Source of the DNA: Planctomycetota bacterium | Lineage (GTDB): Bacteria; Planctomycetota; UBA8108; SXIK01 | Length of the DNA: 64,000 nucleotides | NCBI GenBank assembly: GCA_965223265.1 | Contig: OZ244999.1 | Coordinates: 5,376,001-5,440,000, forward strand | Direction: 5' to 3' | Shown: in pieces, positions 1-10,756 of the stretch | How the letters are laid out: each line of letters opens with the position of its first letter | Numbering within the stretch: position 1 is the first letter of the stretch | Position numbers and translations under genes: made by a program | Notes under the pieces: model-generated | The model's database searches: none | Seen by the model: only the letters and a program-made list of their open reading frames with translations | What the model was told of the DNA's origin: nothing

Positions 1-1272
1 TTGGCGGCGCACTACCCGAGCCTCTGGAGCGCCGCGAGCCCGGGAGCAGGATTCGCCGAAACGGCGCTCTACAACCGACTGACGCCAGACGATCTGCCGC
101 CAACATACGAGCAACGACTATGGCATCTCTACGATGCTCCGAGCTACGTCCGCAACTTGTTCAACTTTGACGTCATTGCCTATAGCGGCGAGCACGACAA
201 GCAGATCCAAGCGGCGCGCACGATGCAGCGCGCCTACGAGCTGCACGGCAAGGAGCTCACCCATATCGTCGGCCCGGGCATGGGCCACAAGTACCATCCC
301 GAGTCTCTGCAGGAGATTCTTCGCCGGCTACACGAGCGCCAACAAACAGGCCGAAATCAAGACGCCGAGCGCGTTTCCTTGCAAACACGAACGCTCCGCT
401 ACAATCGTTGCCACTGGTTGACTATTCTCGGTCTCGAACGACACTGGGAAGAGAGTCGCGTCGACGCACGTCAAATCGCCGAGTCCGTTGTGTTGACGAC
501 ACAAGGTGTCACCTCGCTGCGGATCACAGCCGCACCTGCGCATTCGAACTTGAGACTCAAGCACTTCACGATCGATGGCCAGACGGTTCCAGCACCGGCC
601 ACCGCACAGACAAACGCGGCGCGTCTTGACAAACGTCGTGGTCGCTGGATCTGGGTGAACGACAGAGCACCGTCGAGCGGCAAAGTCCCCGGTCTACAAG
701 GTCCCATCGACGACGCTTTCATGGCGCCGTTCCTCGTCGTCGAACCCGACGGTCGCTGTCGCCAACCAGCGGTCGATCGCTGGGTGGCGTTCGAGCTCGA
801 ACACTTCAAGGAGCGCTGGCGACGTCTCTTTCGCGCCCACGTGCGTTCGAAAACTCCGCAAGCAGTCAACGCCGAAGACGTGGAGCGTTTCCACCTCATC
901 CTTTGGGGCGACGCAACGGCAAACAGCCTCATTGCGCGTGTGCTCCCCGGTCTACCTCTTGAGTGGAACGAGCATGGGCTTCGTCTTCGCGACGTTGACG
1001 AGGCCGCCGCCGGCTCCACGGACGAACCTACGTTCCCAGCTGCCCATCACGTGCCTCTCCTGATCTATCCGAATCCCCTGAACCCGAAACGTTATGTCGT
1101 CCTCAACAGCGGCATCACATTTCGCGAAGGTCACGATCGCACCAACTCACTGCAGAACCCAAAGCTGCCGGACTGGGCGATCGTCGATGTGCGTCGGGAC
1201 CCGGACGCGCTCGCCCCCGGACGCATTGCCGCGGCCGACTTTTTCGACGAGGGTTGGCGCCTACGCCCGTAG
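1..1272 (+). CDS. C-terminal part of an alpha/beta-hydrolase (esterase/peptidase-like) protein, truncated at window edge
   Basis: Open frame from base 1; YSGEHD and GMGHKY resemble catalytic Asp and His segments of an alpha/beta hydrolase; extra C-terminal domain. Confidence 0.6.
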   Translation: MAAHYPSLWSAASPGAGFAETALYNRLTPDDLPPTYEQRLWHLYDAPSYVRNLFNFDVIAYSGEHDKQIQAARTMQRAYELHGKELTHIVGPGMGHKYHPESLQEILRRLHERQQTGRNQDAERVSLQTRTLRYNRCHWLTILGLERHWEESRVDARQIAESVVLTTQGVTSLRITAAPAHSNLRLKHFTIDGQTVPAPATAQTNAARLDKRRGRWIWVNDRAPSSGKVPGLQGPIDDAFMAPFLVVEPDGRCRQPAVDRWVAFELEHFKERWRRLFRAHVRSKTPQAVNAEDVERFHLILWGDATANSLIARVLPGLPLEWNEHGLRLRDVDEAAAGSTDEPTFPAAHHVPLLIYPNPLNPKRYVVLNSGITFREGHDRTNSLQNPKLPDWAIVDVRRDPDALAPGRIAAADFFDEGWRLRP

Positions 1273-1377
1273 CACGCACGCGGTCGGCGGAGGTGGGGCG
1301 AAGAGACGCTGCGTGCGGCGGAGAGGCGCGAGTGCGTGGGCATGGATCCTCGGGCGCCTGCTGCGTCTCTGCCTGAT

Positions 1378-1458
1378 CTTCGTCTGCTTCGTTCGCTTCT
1401 GTTCAAAATTTAAGAGATCAGAAGAATTGTTGAACGAAAGGAAACCGAGTCAACGAAG
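1378..1458. repeat. REP-like imperfect intergenic palindrome
   Basis: Arms cttcgtctgcttcgttcgcttctgttcaa and ttgaacgaaaggaaaccgagtcaacgaag; similar style to the hairpin at 40410-40741. Confidence 0.45.
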
Positions 1459-1583
1459 GAAGACCGTCCAAGGGAGCAGGCAACGCCGTGGGTCGTCCAG
1501 TCAGGCACACTCCGACGCCATTGTTGCAAAAGAAAAGTGCTTCAAGGCCATCCCCGATTGCGTGGGCGTGCGCGCGCCAGCAC

Positions 1584-1710
1584 TCTGCTTCTGACTCCGT
1601 GTCTGACTCTGTATCCGTATCTCCTTCTGACCCCGTGTCTGACTCTGTATCCGTATCTGTATCTGACTCCGTGTCTGACTCTGTATCTGTATTAGTCTGT
1701 ATCCGACTCC
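1584..1710. repeat. Hexamer-based tandem repeat with three 36-bp higher-order units
   Basis: Units tctgac/tccgtg/tctgta/tccgta; 36-bp units at 1590-1625, 1626-1661, 1662-1697, between convergent genes. Confidence 0.85.
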
Positions 1711-1813
1711 ACCCGCTGCCCACGGCCGCCGCCGTCGCCTCCGTTTTTCGCGAGTCTCGGGTTGAGTCGACCTTCGTTGGCAAAAAAAAGCACGAGACGT
1801 GCGGAAGCAAAAG

Positions 1814-3331
1814 CTAGGACGCCTGCATGACGCGCACTTTGAATCCGAGCGCCGTGCTCACGGCAGCCATCTCCTCGAAGATATCCCCGTAGGCGACGAC
1901 GATGTGGTTCGACATGTAGTGCGCCATCACCGTCTCCTGCGAGCAATGCAGATCGGCGGCCATGAACGGCCACTCACGCGTCGTGCCTTTCCACCACGCG
2001 TCACGCTTCTTTGGCGGCAACTTGACGACATCACCCCGACCGATATCCATCCATAGGTCTCCGCCATTGAGATAAGCGCGCGCCCAGGTCATCTTGCCTG
2101 GACGACTTTCGCCGGCGAAGGTCCCGCCCGGCTGTGGAAAGTAGCCGGCAGGCTGGCGATACGAATGCACGCCTTTGAGCGTCTTCGCGTCGTGGTTGAA
2201 TGCGTACGCACCGCAAGACCCGGAGTTGAGAAGCACCCAGACGAATTTGCCGTTGTGCGTGCCGCCCCAGCGCACGTCGTGGAACATCGTCGCCGGATGT
2301 AGTCGTTTCTTCTTGAGGATGCGTTTCATGAGTTCCATGGGGACGAGGTTCCCCTGGTCGGCCTCAGTCGCACACATCACGGGTTCACCCGTTGACTCAG
2401 GACGGCATGCGGAGTTGAACAGACCTTCGCAGAAGTCGCTTGGCGGCAGGAGCGGAATGAGCCCGAGCTGGTACTGCCAGCCGAGACAGTCCGCCTTGAA
2501 CTCTTTCATTAAGTCGACGACGGCGAGATACATCCGCAGCTGCTCGCGGGTCGCGTCCTCGTCGAAGTCTTCAGCGCCTTTCTCCCGCCAGTGGAACTTG
2601 ACGCCTTTCGAGACGACATACTGAAATGCTTTCTCAACGCGCGCATTGCTGATCCGCTTCATACGGTCGATGATCCATGCTTGGTCCACCTTGTGTTCGG
2701 TGAACCCGATCTGGTTCAGCAGACGACTACCAAAGTAGCCGTTGATCATGCCCATGGATGTATCGCCAAGCATGAGGGCGAGGACGCGTCGTTTGCGAAT
2801 GTCATCAACGACCGCATCGGCAATCTTCTTCGCCCGTGGACTGACCGTCGCGGTGAAGCTCAGTTCGTCCTCGCGGTAACGGATTTTGCCGGTCGAACAC
2901 CACTCGTCGAGGCGAGCCATCGCCTTTTTATCCTTCGTCCAATCCTTCGCCGCGGTCCAGAGGCGTGAGAATTCGCGCCCAACGCTCGCCAGACACGCGC
3001 CCGTGTTGAGTAGAGCAACCAACCCTGGCCAAGTTCCGGAGAAGTTGCTTGCCAGGAGCAATGGGTTGTCCTTGCCAACAACTCCGTCGGTGGTATGTGG
3101 CCCGTACGTCCAATGCACGAAGACGCCGATCATCGGGTCGTCGATACGACTTAGTTTCGTGATTGCCTGGTCGGGCTTGGTGATGAAACCCGGAATCAGT
3201 CGCGGCTTCCGCCCCACCTTTTTCAAAGCGCGAGTGAGATTGCTCACGGTGTCGTTCACTTGCGGTAGCGCCCACTTGTTCGGCAGCGCTCGATAATCGC
3301 CCGGCAGGAAAATCGCGACAGTCTTGGACAA
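1814..3331 (-). CDS. L-fucose isomerase-like sugar isomerase
   Basis: 505 aa; EADQG and HDVRWG candidate metal-binding segments, C-terminal NHIVVAYG; divergent from a sugar kinase. Confidence 0.7.
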   Translation of the reverse strand: MSKTVAIFLPGDYRALPNKWALPQVNDTVSNLTRALKKVGRKPRLIPGFITKPDQAITKLSRIDDPMIGVFVHWTYGPHTTDGVVGKDNPLLLASNFSGTWPGLVALLNTGACLASVGREFSRLWTAAKDWTKDKKAMARLDEWCSTGKIRYREDELSFTATVSPRAKKIADAVVDDIRKRRVLALMLGDTSMGMINGYFGSRLLNQIGFTEHKVDQAWIIDRMKRISNARVEKAFQYVVSKGVKFHWREKGAEDFDEDATREQLRMYLAVVDLMKEFKADCLGWQYQLGLIPLLPPSDFCEGLFNSACRPESTGEPVMCATEADQGNLVPMELMKRILKKKRLHPATMFHDVRWGGTHNGKFVWVLLNSGSCGAYAFNHDAKTLKGVHSYRQPAGYFPQPGGTFAGESRPGKMTWARAYLNGGDLWMDIGRGDVVKLPPKKRDAWWKGTTREWPFMAADLHCSQETVMAHYMSNHIVVAYGDIFEEMAAVSTALGFKVRVMQAS

Positions 3332-3348
3332 GGTTCTTCTCCGTTGAG

Positions 3349-3533
3349 CAGTCTGTTGAAAAAGTGCTTCGAGTCGAAAACCGGGTTAATCCGCGCCCAG
3401 GATCGGCGGTGGCAAACGCAGGTAGTCTCCGAGCCTCTTCTGTAAGACTAAGACGTGTTTGGCGAGTATTGACGCAGTCGAGCTGGGCGTGAAGGGCCCG
3501 GTTCGTCGGCCGAATGACTTTGTCAGCGGGCTG
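3349..3533. mobile_element. MITE family A, diverged copy (185 bp)
   Basis: Ends cagtctgttgaaaaa...tttgtcagcgggctg; TGAG duplicated at 3345-3348 and 3534-3537; similar to copies at 13882, 32587, 42641, 62322. Confidence 0.8.
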
Positions 3534-3749
3534 TGAGTCGTTGCGATCGGAAGCGTCACGGTGAGGACGACCGACTGCATGCCTCAGCGAAGTTGAACGG
3601 CCCAGCTCGCTTGCAAACGCAGTTGGAGGATGCGAACGTATTACCCTAACTCTTCACTGCTTTCAAGTCGGCAGGCTGCGTCGCTCAGGATCTCGGCACG
3701 AACGGAGTCGCCGGCGTGCAGGTCCCTGGAGAAAATCCTCGCGTTATCG

Positions 3750-5258
3750 ATGTCAAGGTCTCGAGCTCATTCCTATCTCGCCATCGATCTCGGAGCAGCG
3801 AGCGGTCGCGTCATGCTCGGTCGACTGCAGGAAGGCCGGATCGAACTCCACGAGCTCCATCGATTTGCGAATCAACCGGTTCGCGTCCACTCCACCCTCT
3901 ACTGGGACGTGCTACGCCTGTTCCTCGAGATCAAGGAAGGGCTGCGGCGAGGGGCCGAACGCTGTGGTGGCAACGTCGACGGCGTCGCGGTTGATAGTTG
4001 GGGAGTCGACTATGCGGTCCTAGATAAGGCAGGGAATCTGCTCGGCAACCCCGTGCACTACCGCGATGCGCGAACCGAAGGCATGATGGCTCGCGTCTTC
4101 GAACGTCTCCCGAAGGACGATATCTTTGGGGAAACGGGCCTACAGTTTCTTGAGCTCAACACGATCTATCAGCTGGCAGCGCACCGCGATCAGTGGCCGG
4201 AAAGCTGGAGCTCCGCCGCATGCATTCTTCTGGTGGCGGATTTGATCAGTTACTTTCTTTGCGGCGCCAAATTCGCTGAGCGAACACTCGCTTCAACAAC
4301 CCAGCTGTGGAATCCGGTCTCGCGCGACTGGTCCACACGCCTCGCCAGCGCGCTCGAGATCCAGTCGTCCCTGCTACCCCCGCTGGTCGATCCGGGGACC
4401 GTCGTCGGAACGCTGCGTGCTGACCTTGCGCGCGACGCCGGCTTTCGAACACCCCCACCGGTGATCGCCTCGTGCTCGCACGACACCGCCGCCGCGGTCG
4501 CCGCAGTGCCGGCCGACGAAGGCGACAACTGGGCTTTCATCTCCAGCGGCACGTGGTGCATGCTCGGAGTCGAGCTCGGAAGTCCGCGGATGCGCCCCGA
4601 AGTGCTAGCCGCCAATTTCACGAACGAAGCAGGCATCGACGGCACGACGCGATTTCTCCGCAATCTGAACGGACTCTGGCTTGTGCAAGAATGCCAACGC
4701 TCCTGGTGCGACGAAGACGGCCACGAGACCTCGCACGCTGAGTTGACGCGATGGGCGAGTGAAGTCTGTGAAAACCGGTCATTCATTTCTCCGAACCACG
4801 GTATGTTCTTCGCGCCAAAGAACATGCCGGAAGCGATTCGCGACTTCTGCCGCCGCAGCGCGCAAGAGGTACCCGACTCGCGCGGCCATGTTCTGCGCTG
4901 CGCTCTCGAGTCGCTGGCGCTGTCGTTTCGCGGCGTGATGGCGCGGGCCGAGGAACTGAGTGGGCGCAGCGTCGAACGAGTTCACATCGTCGGCGGCGGC
5001 AGTCAGAACGTCGTATTGAACCAGCTCATCGCCAACGCGCTGGGACGCCCGCTGATCGCAGGCCCGGCAGAGGCGACAGCAACCGGAAACGTGCTGGTGC
5101 AGGCGAAAGCTACCGGATCCATCCGATCACTCTCCGAGCTCCGCACCATCGTGCGTACGTCAGCGGACCCCGTCGAATACCTTCCGAAGGAGAATGCTGC
5201 CTGGGCAGAAAAGGCCAAGCGCTACGGCGAGCTCGTGGATCTCCCGATCACCGGGTGA
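3750..5258 (+). CDS. rhaB: Rhamnulokinase-like FGGY carbohydrate kinase
   Basis: LAIDLGAASGR, DSWGVDY, HDTAAAV, ISSGTW, VGGGSQN, GPAEATATGN motifs; start moved to ATG 3750. Confidence 0.85.
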   Translation: MSRSRAHSYLAIDLGAASGRVMLGRLQEGRIELHELHRFANQPVRVHSTLYWDVLRLFLEIKEGLRRGAERCGGNVDGVAVDSWGVDYAVLDKAGNLLGNPVHYRDARTEGMMARVFERLPKDDIFGETGLQFLELNTIYQLAAHRDQWPESWSSAACILLVADLISYFLCGAKFAERTLASTTQLWNPVSRDWSTRLASALEIQSSLLPPLVDPGTVVGTLRADLARDAGFRTPPPVIASCSHDTAAAVAAVPADEGDNWAFISSGTWCMLGVELGSPRMRPEVLAANFTNEAGIDGTTRFLRNLNGLWLVQECQRSWCDEDGHETSHAELTRWASEVCENRSFISPNHGMFFAPKNMPEAIRDFCRRSAQEVPDSRGHVLRCALESLALSFRGVMARAEELSGRSVERVHIVGGGSQNVVLNQLIANALGRPLIAGPAEATATGNVLVQAKATGSIRSLSELRTIVRTSADPVEYLPKENAAWAEKAKRYGELVDLPITG

Positions 5259-5271
5259 CGCAGCCTGACGA

Positions 5272-7875
5272 TCACGCCGGGGCAGTGTGGTCTGCGGGCA
5301 CCGGATCGTGTGCCGGACGATTCTCAGCGCGCCACCACGTCAGGAGTCCGGTCTCGAACTTGTTGCCGACGTCGCGACGCATCGGCAGGGCGCGCACGGC
5401 GAATCCGTGCTGCCCGGCTTCACGACACGGCACGTCGCCAACGTACACCGCAGCGTCACCGTCGAAGCCCCTAAACTCCAGGGCGATCGTCTCGATTTCG
5501 TTGAGTTCGGCGCTAGAGTCAAGTGGACCAAAAATCACTTCCACGGCAACTTCTTCCTGCGACAAGCTGCCGAGAGCGAGCTTCGCTTCGAGGGTCAAGT
5601 CCGCGCCTACTTCGAGCTCCTGCGACGAGTCGGCGTCGACCGCGAGAATCCGCACTTCATCCCAGTGATCGCGCACACGCCGCTTCCATTCCGCGATGGA
5701 GCGAGCGACGGTGTATTCGTTGTCGGCAAGGGATGCTGCTTGCAGCATCGCCGGCACGTACATCCGTTTTGTGTACTCCTGGACCATACGGTTCGTGTTG
5801 AACTGCGGCCCACAGCTGCGGATCGACTCCTTCATGCGAGCCGTCCACTCGCGCGGCACATCGTCAGGGCCGCGTTCGTAAAAGAGTGGCACAACCTCAG
5901 TTTCCAGCAGGTCGTAGAGCATTTCCGACTCGACCCAGTCCTGGTAGTCGCGATCCGCGAACTCCTCGCCGGATCCAATCGCCCAACCGTTGTTGCCGTT
6001 GTATCCCTCGCACCACCAACCATCGAGCACGCTGAGGTTGAGGCTACCATTCATCGCGGCTTTCATGCCGCTCGTGCCGCTGGCCTCGAGAGGTCGCCTC
6101 GGCGTGTTGAGCCAAACATCAACGCCCTGCACGAGATATCGCGCCACTTCGATGTCGTAGTCCTCAATGAACACGATGCGATTCTGAAATTCCTTCGTCT
6201 TTGCAAGATGGACGATCTGTCGAATGAGTTCCTTACCCGGCTGGTCCTGAGGATGCGCCTTGCCGGCAAAGATCAACTGCACAGGACGGTCTCGATCATG
6301 CAGGATACGCCCCAGTCGCTCGGTATCGCGGAAGATGAGATTGGCGCGCTTGTAGGTGGCAAATCGGCGCGCGAAACCAATCGTGAGTGCATCCGGATCG
6401 AGCGCCTCTTCGGCGAGGCTCAGCTTGGTGTGCGACGCGCCCTGGCGGCGCAGCTGTTTCCTGACACGATCGCGGGCAAAGTTCACCAGCCGCGACCGAA
6501 GAAGCTCTTTCGCCCGCCAGACCTCGTGCTCCGAGATATCGGAGACACGCAGCCAGACGCGCTGATTGACGGCGTCGTCGAGCCAACGCGGTCCGAGATA
6601 GCGCTCGAATAGTCGGCCGAACTCGTCGGAGAGCCAAGAGTGAGTGTGGACACCGTTCGTCACGTGCGAGATCGGAATCTCTTGCTCAGGAACCCGCGGC
6701 CAGATGTCCTGCCACATTCGTCGACTGATCTTGCCATGCAGAGCGCTAACGCCGTTGGCCTTAGAGGCGAGGCGCAGGGCGAGAATCGTCATACAAAAGT
6801 GCTCGTTGGCGTCCGCTGGATCTTGCCTACCTAGTGCGATGAAGTCATCCATCCGCAGCTGCAGTAGCTCGACGTATTCACCAAAGTACTTGTGAATCAA
6901 CTCGGCAGGAAAACGATCGTTGCCAGCCGGTACTGGCGTGTGGGTTGTGAACACTGTTCCAGCGGCAACGGCTTCTCGAGCCTCGTCGAAGCTTAAACTG
7001 TGCTCCTCCATGAGCACCCGCACACGCTCGAGAGCAAGAAACGCGGAGTGCCCCTCGTTCATGTGGCATACCGTGGGGTGGACACCGAGGAGAGCAAGTG
7101 CACGCAAGCCCCCGATGCCGAGGAGAATCTCCTGTCGTACACGCATGTCGAGGTCGCCGCCGTAGAGCCGGCGGGTAATCTCTCGATCCCGCGGGTCATT
7201 CGCCGGTACGTTCGAATCGAGGAGATAGACAGGCACCCTCCCAACCTGCACCTTCCAGATGCGCGCACGCACGAGCCGTTCGCCAATCTTCACTTCCACC
7301 TGCAGCTCACGCTTGTGGTCGTCGCGCACAAGAGTCATCGGCAGGTTGAAAAAGTCGTTGTCCGGATAGTGTTCCAGCTGCCAGCCGTCGGAGCTAAGGT
7401 GCTGATGGTTGTAGCCCTGAAAATAGCAGAGGCCGATTCCCACGAGCGGCAGCCCGAGCTCAGCGCAGCTCTTGATGTGATCCCCGGCGAGGACCCCGAG
7501 GCCTCCAGAGTAAACCGGCAGGCTTTCATGCAGGCCGAACTCAGCCGAGAAATACGCGATCGAAGCCGATTCGGCTGCGGCGTAGGTTTTGCGGAACCAC
7601 GTCGTCGCCTCCAAGTGCTGCTTGAGGTCAGAGTGAACCGACTCCATGTGAGCGATAAATGCTTCATCCTCGCAGAGGAGCTGCAAACGGTCCTCGCGCA
7701 GCGCCCCCAACAAGGCGATCGGGTTGTGGCCGCATTCCTCCCACAGATCGAGGTCGATCCGTCGAAAGAGGGACACCGCGTTACGATTCCACATCCACCA
7801 CAAGTTTCGCGCGATCGTCAGAAGCGGGCGCAGGCGTTCGGGAACACGGGGCACAACGGTGAATTTCTGAATCAC
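5272..7875 (-). CDS. glgP: Alpha-glucan (glycogen/maltodextrin) phosphorylase
   Basis: YFSAEFG, YSGGLGVLAGD, ARRFATYKRA, EASGTSGMKA PLP-lysine motif. Confidence 0.95.
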   Translation of the reverse strand: MIQKFTVVPRVPERLRPLLTIARNLWWMWNRNAVSLFRRIDLDLWEECGHNPIALLGALREDRLQLLCEDEAFIAHMESVHSDLKQHLEATTWFRKTYAAAESASIAYFSAEFGLHESLPVYSGGLGVLAGDHIKSCAELGLPLVGIGLCYFQGYNHQHLSSDGWQLEHYPDNDFFNLPMTLVRDDHKRELQVEVKIGERLVRARIWKVQVGRVPVYLLDSNVPANDPRDREITRRLYGGDLDMRVRQEILLGIGGLRALALLGVHPTVCHMNEGHSAFLALERVRVLMEEHSLSFDEAREAVAAGTVFTTHTPVPAGNDRFPAELIHKYFGEYVELLQLRMDDFIALGRQDPADANEHFCMTILALRLASKANGVSALHGKISRRMWQDIWPRVPEQEIPISHVTNGVHTHSWLSDEFGRLFERYLGPRWLDDAVNQRVWLRVSDISEHEVWRAKELLRSRLVNFARDRVRKQLRRQGASHTKLSLAEEALDPDALTIGFARRFATYKRANLIFRDTERLGRILHDRDRPVQLIFAGKAHPQDQPGKELIRQIVHLAKTKEFQNRIVFIEDYDIEVARYLVQGVDVWLNTPRRPLEASGTSGMKAAMNGSLNLSVLDGWWCEGYNGNNGWAIGSGEEFADRDYQDWVESEMLYDLLETEVVPLFYERGPDDVPREWTARMKESIRSCGPQFNTNRMVQEYTKRMYVPAMLQAASLADNEYTVARSIAEWKRRVRDHWDEVRILAVDADSSQELEVGADLTLEAKLALGSLSQEEVAVEVIFGPLDSSAELNEIETIALEFRGFDGDAAVYVGDVPCREAGQHGFAVRALPMRRDVGNKFETGLLTWWRAENRPAHDPVPADHTAPA

Positions 7876-8576
7876 GAGAGCAACTTCCTCTTCCTGTCCG
7901 GTTCAGTTCGGTCGATTCAATCTCGTTCAGAATGTGTTCATCGGCCCAGACCGGCACACAGCTAAACGCCTGCGCACGAGATCCTCAAACGTCTCTCCAC
8001 GCGCCGACGCAACACCCCGCAATTATCGGATCACAAATGCAGCGAAAAGTGGCACGGTACGAGGATTCCTCGGCCGCGGTCGCATCCCCGCGTTCGCGAG
8101 ATTTTCAGGTCGGTGCGGGTTTGACAGCCTGCTAACTGCCGAGCTTCTCCGTCGCTACTGGTCGCCCCCCGCGACCGAAGCCGATTCACGCTGGTCGTTT
8201 GGCCTCTCGGAAGAACCGCTGGGAGGGCCGATTCGAAGAGCTGCAAGTCGTTACGCGCCGACGCTCTTCTCCACACACGGTTGAGAGTATAATGGGATCA
8301 GCGCGTCGGCGAACGCCGGTGCGTCGAGGCGCGTATTGTACCCGGCGCCTCTCTCGAGATTCCACTGAAGAAGAGACTCTTGCCGCAGCGCGTGAACAGA
8401 ATGACGACTGAATCTCCTCTGTCCGGTTGCAGCGGGCGGCAGGGCTGACGAGCCAAAATGCGCCACGCGGTAGCGAATTTGCGATTCGGGACGACGTCTC
8501 TGCGGACGAAGAAGTCTTAGGAGGCGAGCTACTACGGCGAACTGAGCTCAGCCACTCTAATTTCCGGAAATCTCCT

Positions 8577-9032
8577 GTGCGCATCCTGATCATCGACGAC
8601 GACCAAAGCCATGGCGAGAGTCTCGCGGATCTGATTCAGGTCCTGGGGCACGAGCCGCAGTACGCTGCGAGCTTCGACGACACGCAGTGGCTCCTCGAGC
8701 TGTTTTCGTTCGATCTGGCTCTCATCGACTTCGACATGCCGACGACGACTGGCGTACAAGTAGCCAAGACACTGCGCCGAGACTTTCCTCAGATCCACAC
8801 GGTGATCATGTCAGCGCGCGCGCTCGATCGAGAGACGTCGAGCGAGCTCGTCGGCTTAACGTTCATGCAAAAGCCGCTGTCGCGGTCGGTCCTCAAAGAA
8901 CTGTTCTTGGACCTGGCTCGATCGCAGTCGGGCCTGAGCATCGTGCGGCGAGCGTCGTTCCCGCTCCTCAAGGTCACCGACGATAAACCGACCGACAGCG
9001 ACGACAAAGGCGACGCCGAAGCGACGACGTGA
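8577..9032 (+). CDS. Response regulator receiver-domain protein
   Basis: RILIIDDD, DLALIDFDMP, IMSA, QKP receiver motifs; GTG start at 8577 inferred. Confidence 0.8.
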   Translation: MRILIIDDDQSHGESLADLIQVLGHEPQYAASFDDTQWLLELFSFDLALIDFDMPTTTGVQVAKTLRRDFPQIHTVIMSARALDRETSSELVGLTFMQKPLSRSVLKELFLDLARSQSGLSIVRRASFPLLKVTDDKPTDSDDKGDAEATT

Positions 9033-9219
9033 GTGCGGCAAATCGGCGCAACTCTGCTACCGCAGCTTTTGGGTACACAGCGGCGGCGTAAGATGGGACA
9101 ACTGTTAGCGTACCGCCCTGCAATCGGAGCTCGCCACTGGGGCCCATCGTGAGTCGCACGCTCTGAGCCAAAAACCGGGGCTTCTTCGCGGCGGCTTCCG
9201 TTTCAGATTCGACTCGAGG

Positions 9220-10314
9220 TTGAGAGAGATCCGCACGCATCCGACGAATCAACTGCGCTCGTACTTCGAGCTCGTCCGTGTCTTCTTGACACCTACCGCC
9301 GTGGCGGACAGCTTCGCAGGCTACGTCTTAGCGGCGCGGCTATTCGGCGTGCCGTCGAATGCGGAGAGACTGGATGCCGAGAGACTGGGGTTCGTGTGCG
9401 CGGTAAGCGTCGCGATCTATTGGTTCGGGATGATCTGTAACGATCTGTTCGATCTACCGAAGGACCGAGCCGCAAACGTCAACCGGCCGATCGTCCAAGG
9501 CCGCGTTAGCGTCCGTGGGTCGATCATGCTCGCTGTAGTGCTGGGGGCGGCGGCGCTCGCCATGGCCGCCTACCTGGGTGCATTGATTCCTGCTCTCGCA
9601 CTTGTCGCGCTTGTCTGCGCATACGACTTCGGCGGCAAGAGAATCCCAGTGGTTGGAAACATACTCATGGGGAGCTGCCGCAGCGGCAACCTGCTCATCG
9701 GCGCGTACGCCGCCGCAGGCAGCGACGCCCTCACTTCTTCCACGGTCATCGCGGCGGCCGCGATCCTCGGTGTCTATATCGCCGGCGTCACTGCGGTGAG
9801 TCTGCTGGAGGACTCTCCATTCGATGCCCGCCGCCTGGCGGTCAGTGCGGCACCACTCTTCTTGACGCCGTGCCTCCTCGCGGCGTTGAACTCAAGCCAC
9901 CTCTTCAACGTGCTCAACTCGATCGTTCTCGTCGTCCTGCTGGGCAGCGCACTCAACACCGCCCGGCGAGTCGGGGCTGCGAACGCCGCAGGGAGGTCGG
10001 GTCAGGAACTGGCTTCCACGGTCGCCAGCACCCCAGCCGAAGACACCCCCGCCGCGGCGCGAGAGATTCCAGCCAAGGAGAGCTCAACTGCCGAGCCAGT
10101 CGCGAACACCGCACCTCACGGCGCCGCCATTTTTGTTCGCCAGTCGCTCGGAGGGCTCTTTCTCGTCGACGCCGGCTGCCTGATGGCGCTCAGCCCGTCG
10201 TCGCCGACGGGGACGGCGGCGTTCGACCAGCAAGCCGCAATCCTCTACGCCCTCTTCGCCCTGGGCTGGGCGTGGAAACGGCGCTGGATACGCCAGGGTT
10301 CACAAGGTTCGTAG
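9220..10314 (+). CDS. UbiA prenyltransferase family membrane protein
   Basis: NDLFDLPKDR...RPI Asp-rich motif, YD..GK, multiple TM helices. Confidence 0.8.
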   Translation: MREIRTHPTNQLRSYFELVRVFLTPTAVADSFAGYVLAARLFGVPSNAERLDAERLGFVCAVSVAIYWFGMICNDLFDLPKDRAANVNRPIVQGRVSVRGSIMLAVVLGAAALAMAAYLGALIPALALVALVCAYDFGGKRIPVVGNILMGSCRSGNLLIGAYAAAGSDALTSSTVIAAAAILGVYIAGVTAVSLLEDSPFDARRLAVSAAPLFLTPCLLAALNSSHLFNVLNSIVLVVLLGSALNTARRVGAANAAGRSGQELASTVASTPAEDTPAAAREIPAKESSTAEPVANTAPHGAAIFVRQSLGGLFLVDAGCLMALSPSSPTGTAAFDQQAAILYALFALGWAWKRRWIRQGSQGS

Positions 10315-10756
10315 GGCGAGAGCTCTGCAAGGACGTCGCCCTCGAGAACGTCTTGGTGCCTGACCGTAACGCCGCAAGCTCGACCATCTGCCATCTCGCG
10401 CCGGCCTGGCCCAGTTCGGGATTCCAAAGCCCGTGAGAGTTTTTCATCACCCCCGAGGAACGTTGTGGGGTCCAGAAGGCGCGGTCCCGCCTCTCGAGGA
10501 AAACCCCCGCCAGCCTCGCTCCTGCGCCACACTGGCGGCAAGATCGTGCCCGAGTCGCTTGTGGGTCTCGACGCCAGATGGCCGAACTCGAGCGGACTGC
10601 TTGACAGACCCTGGGTACGCACGCCATCCTCCTCAACACCACGGTAGTCGCCCGCGTTCAAGAGGCGTTCGGCACTCCAGTCTCGTCAACCTCCCTGCGG
10701 TAGGCGCCGCGAAGCGACTTCCCGGAGAGACTCACGATCGCAACGAAAGGATCACC

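Noticed and set aside
1590-1697. 36-bp repeats as a CRISPR array
   Set aside because: Units are contiguous with no spacers and no cas genes are present
5287-7965. Long antisense ORFs opposite glgP (and similar ones opposite gatA/gatB and the histidine kinase)
   Set aside because: Shadow frames expected in GC-rich coding DNA; no recognisable motifs
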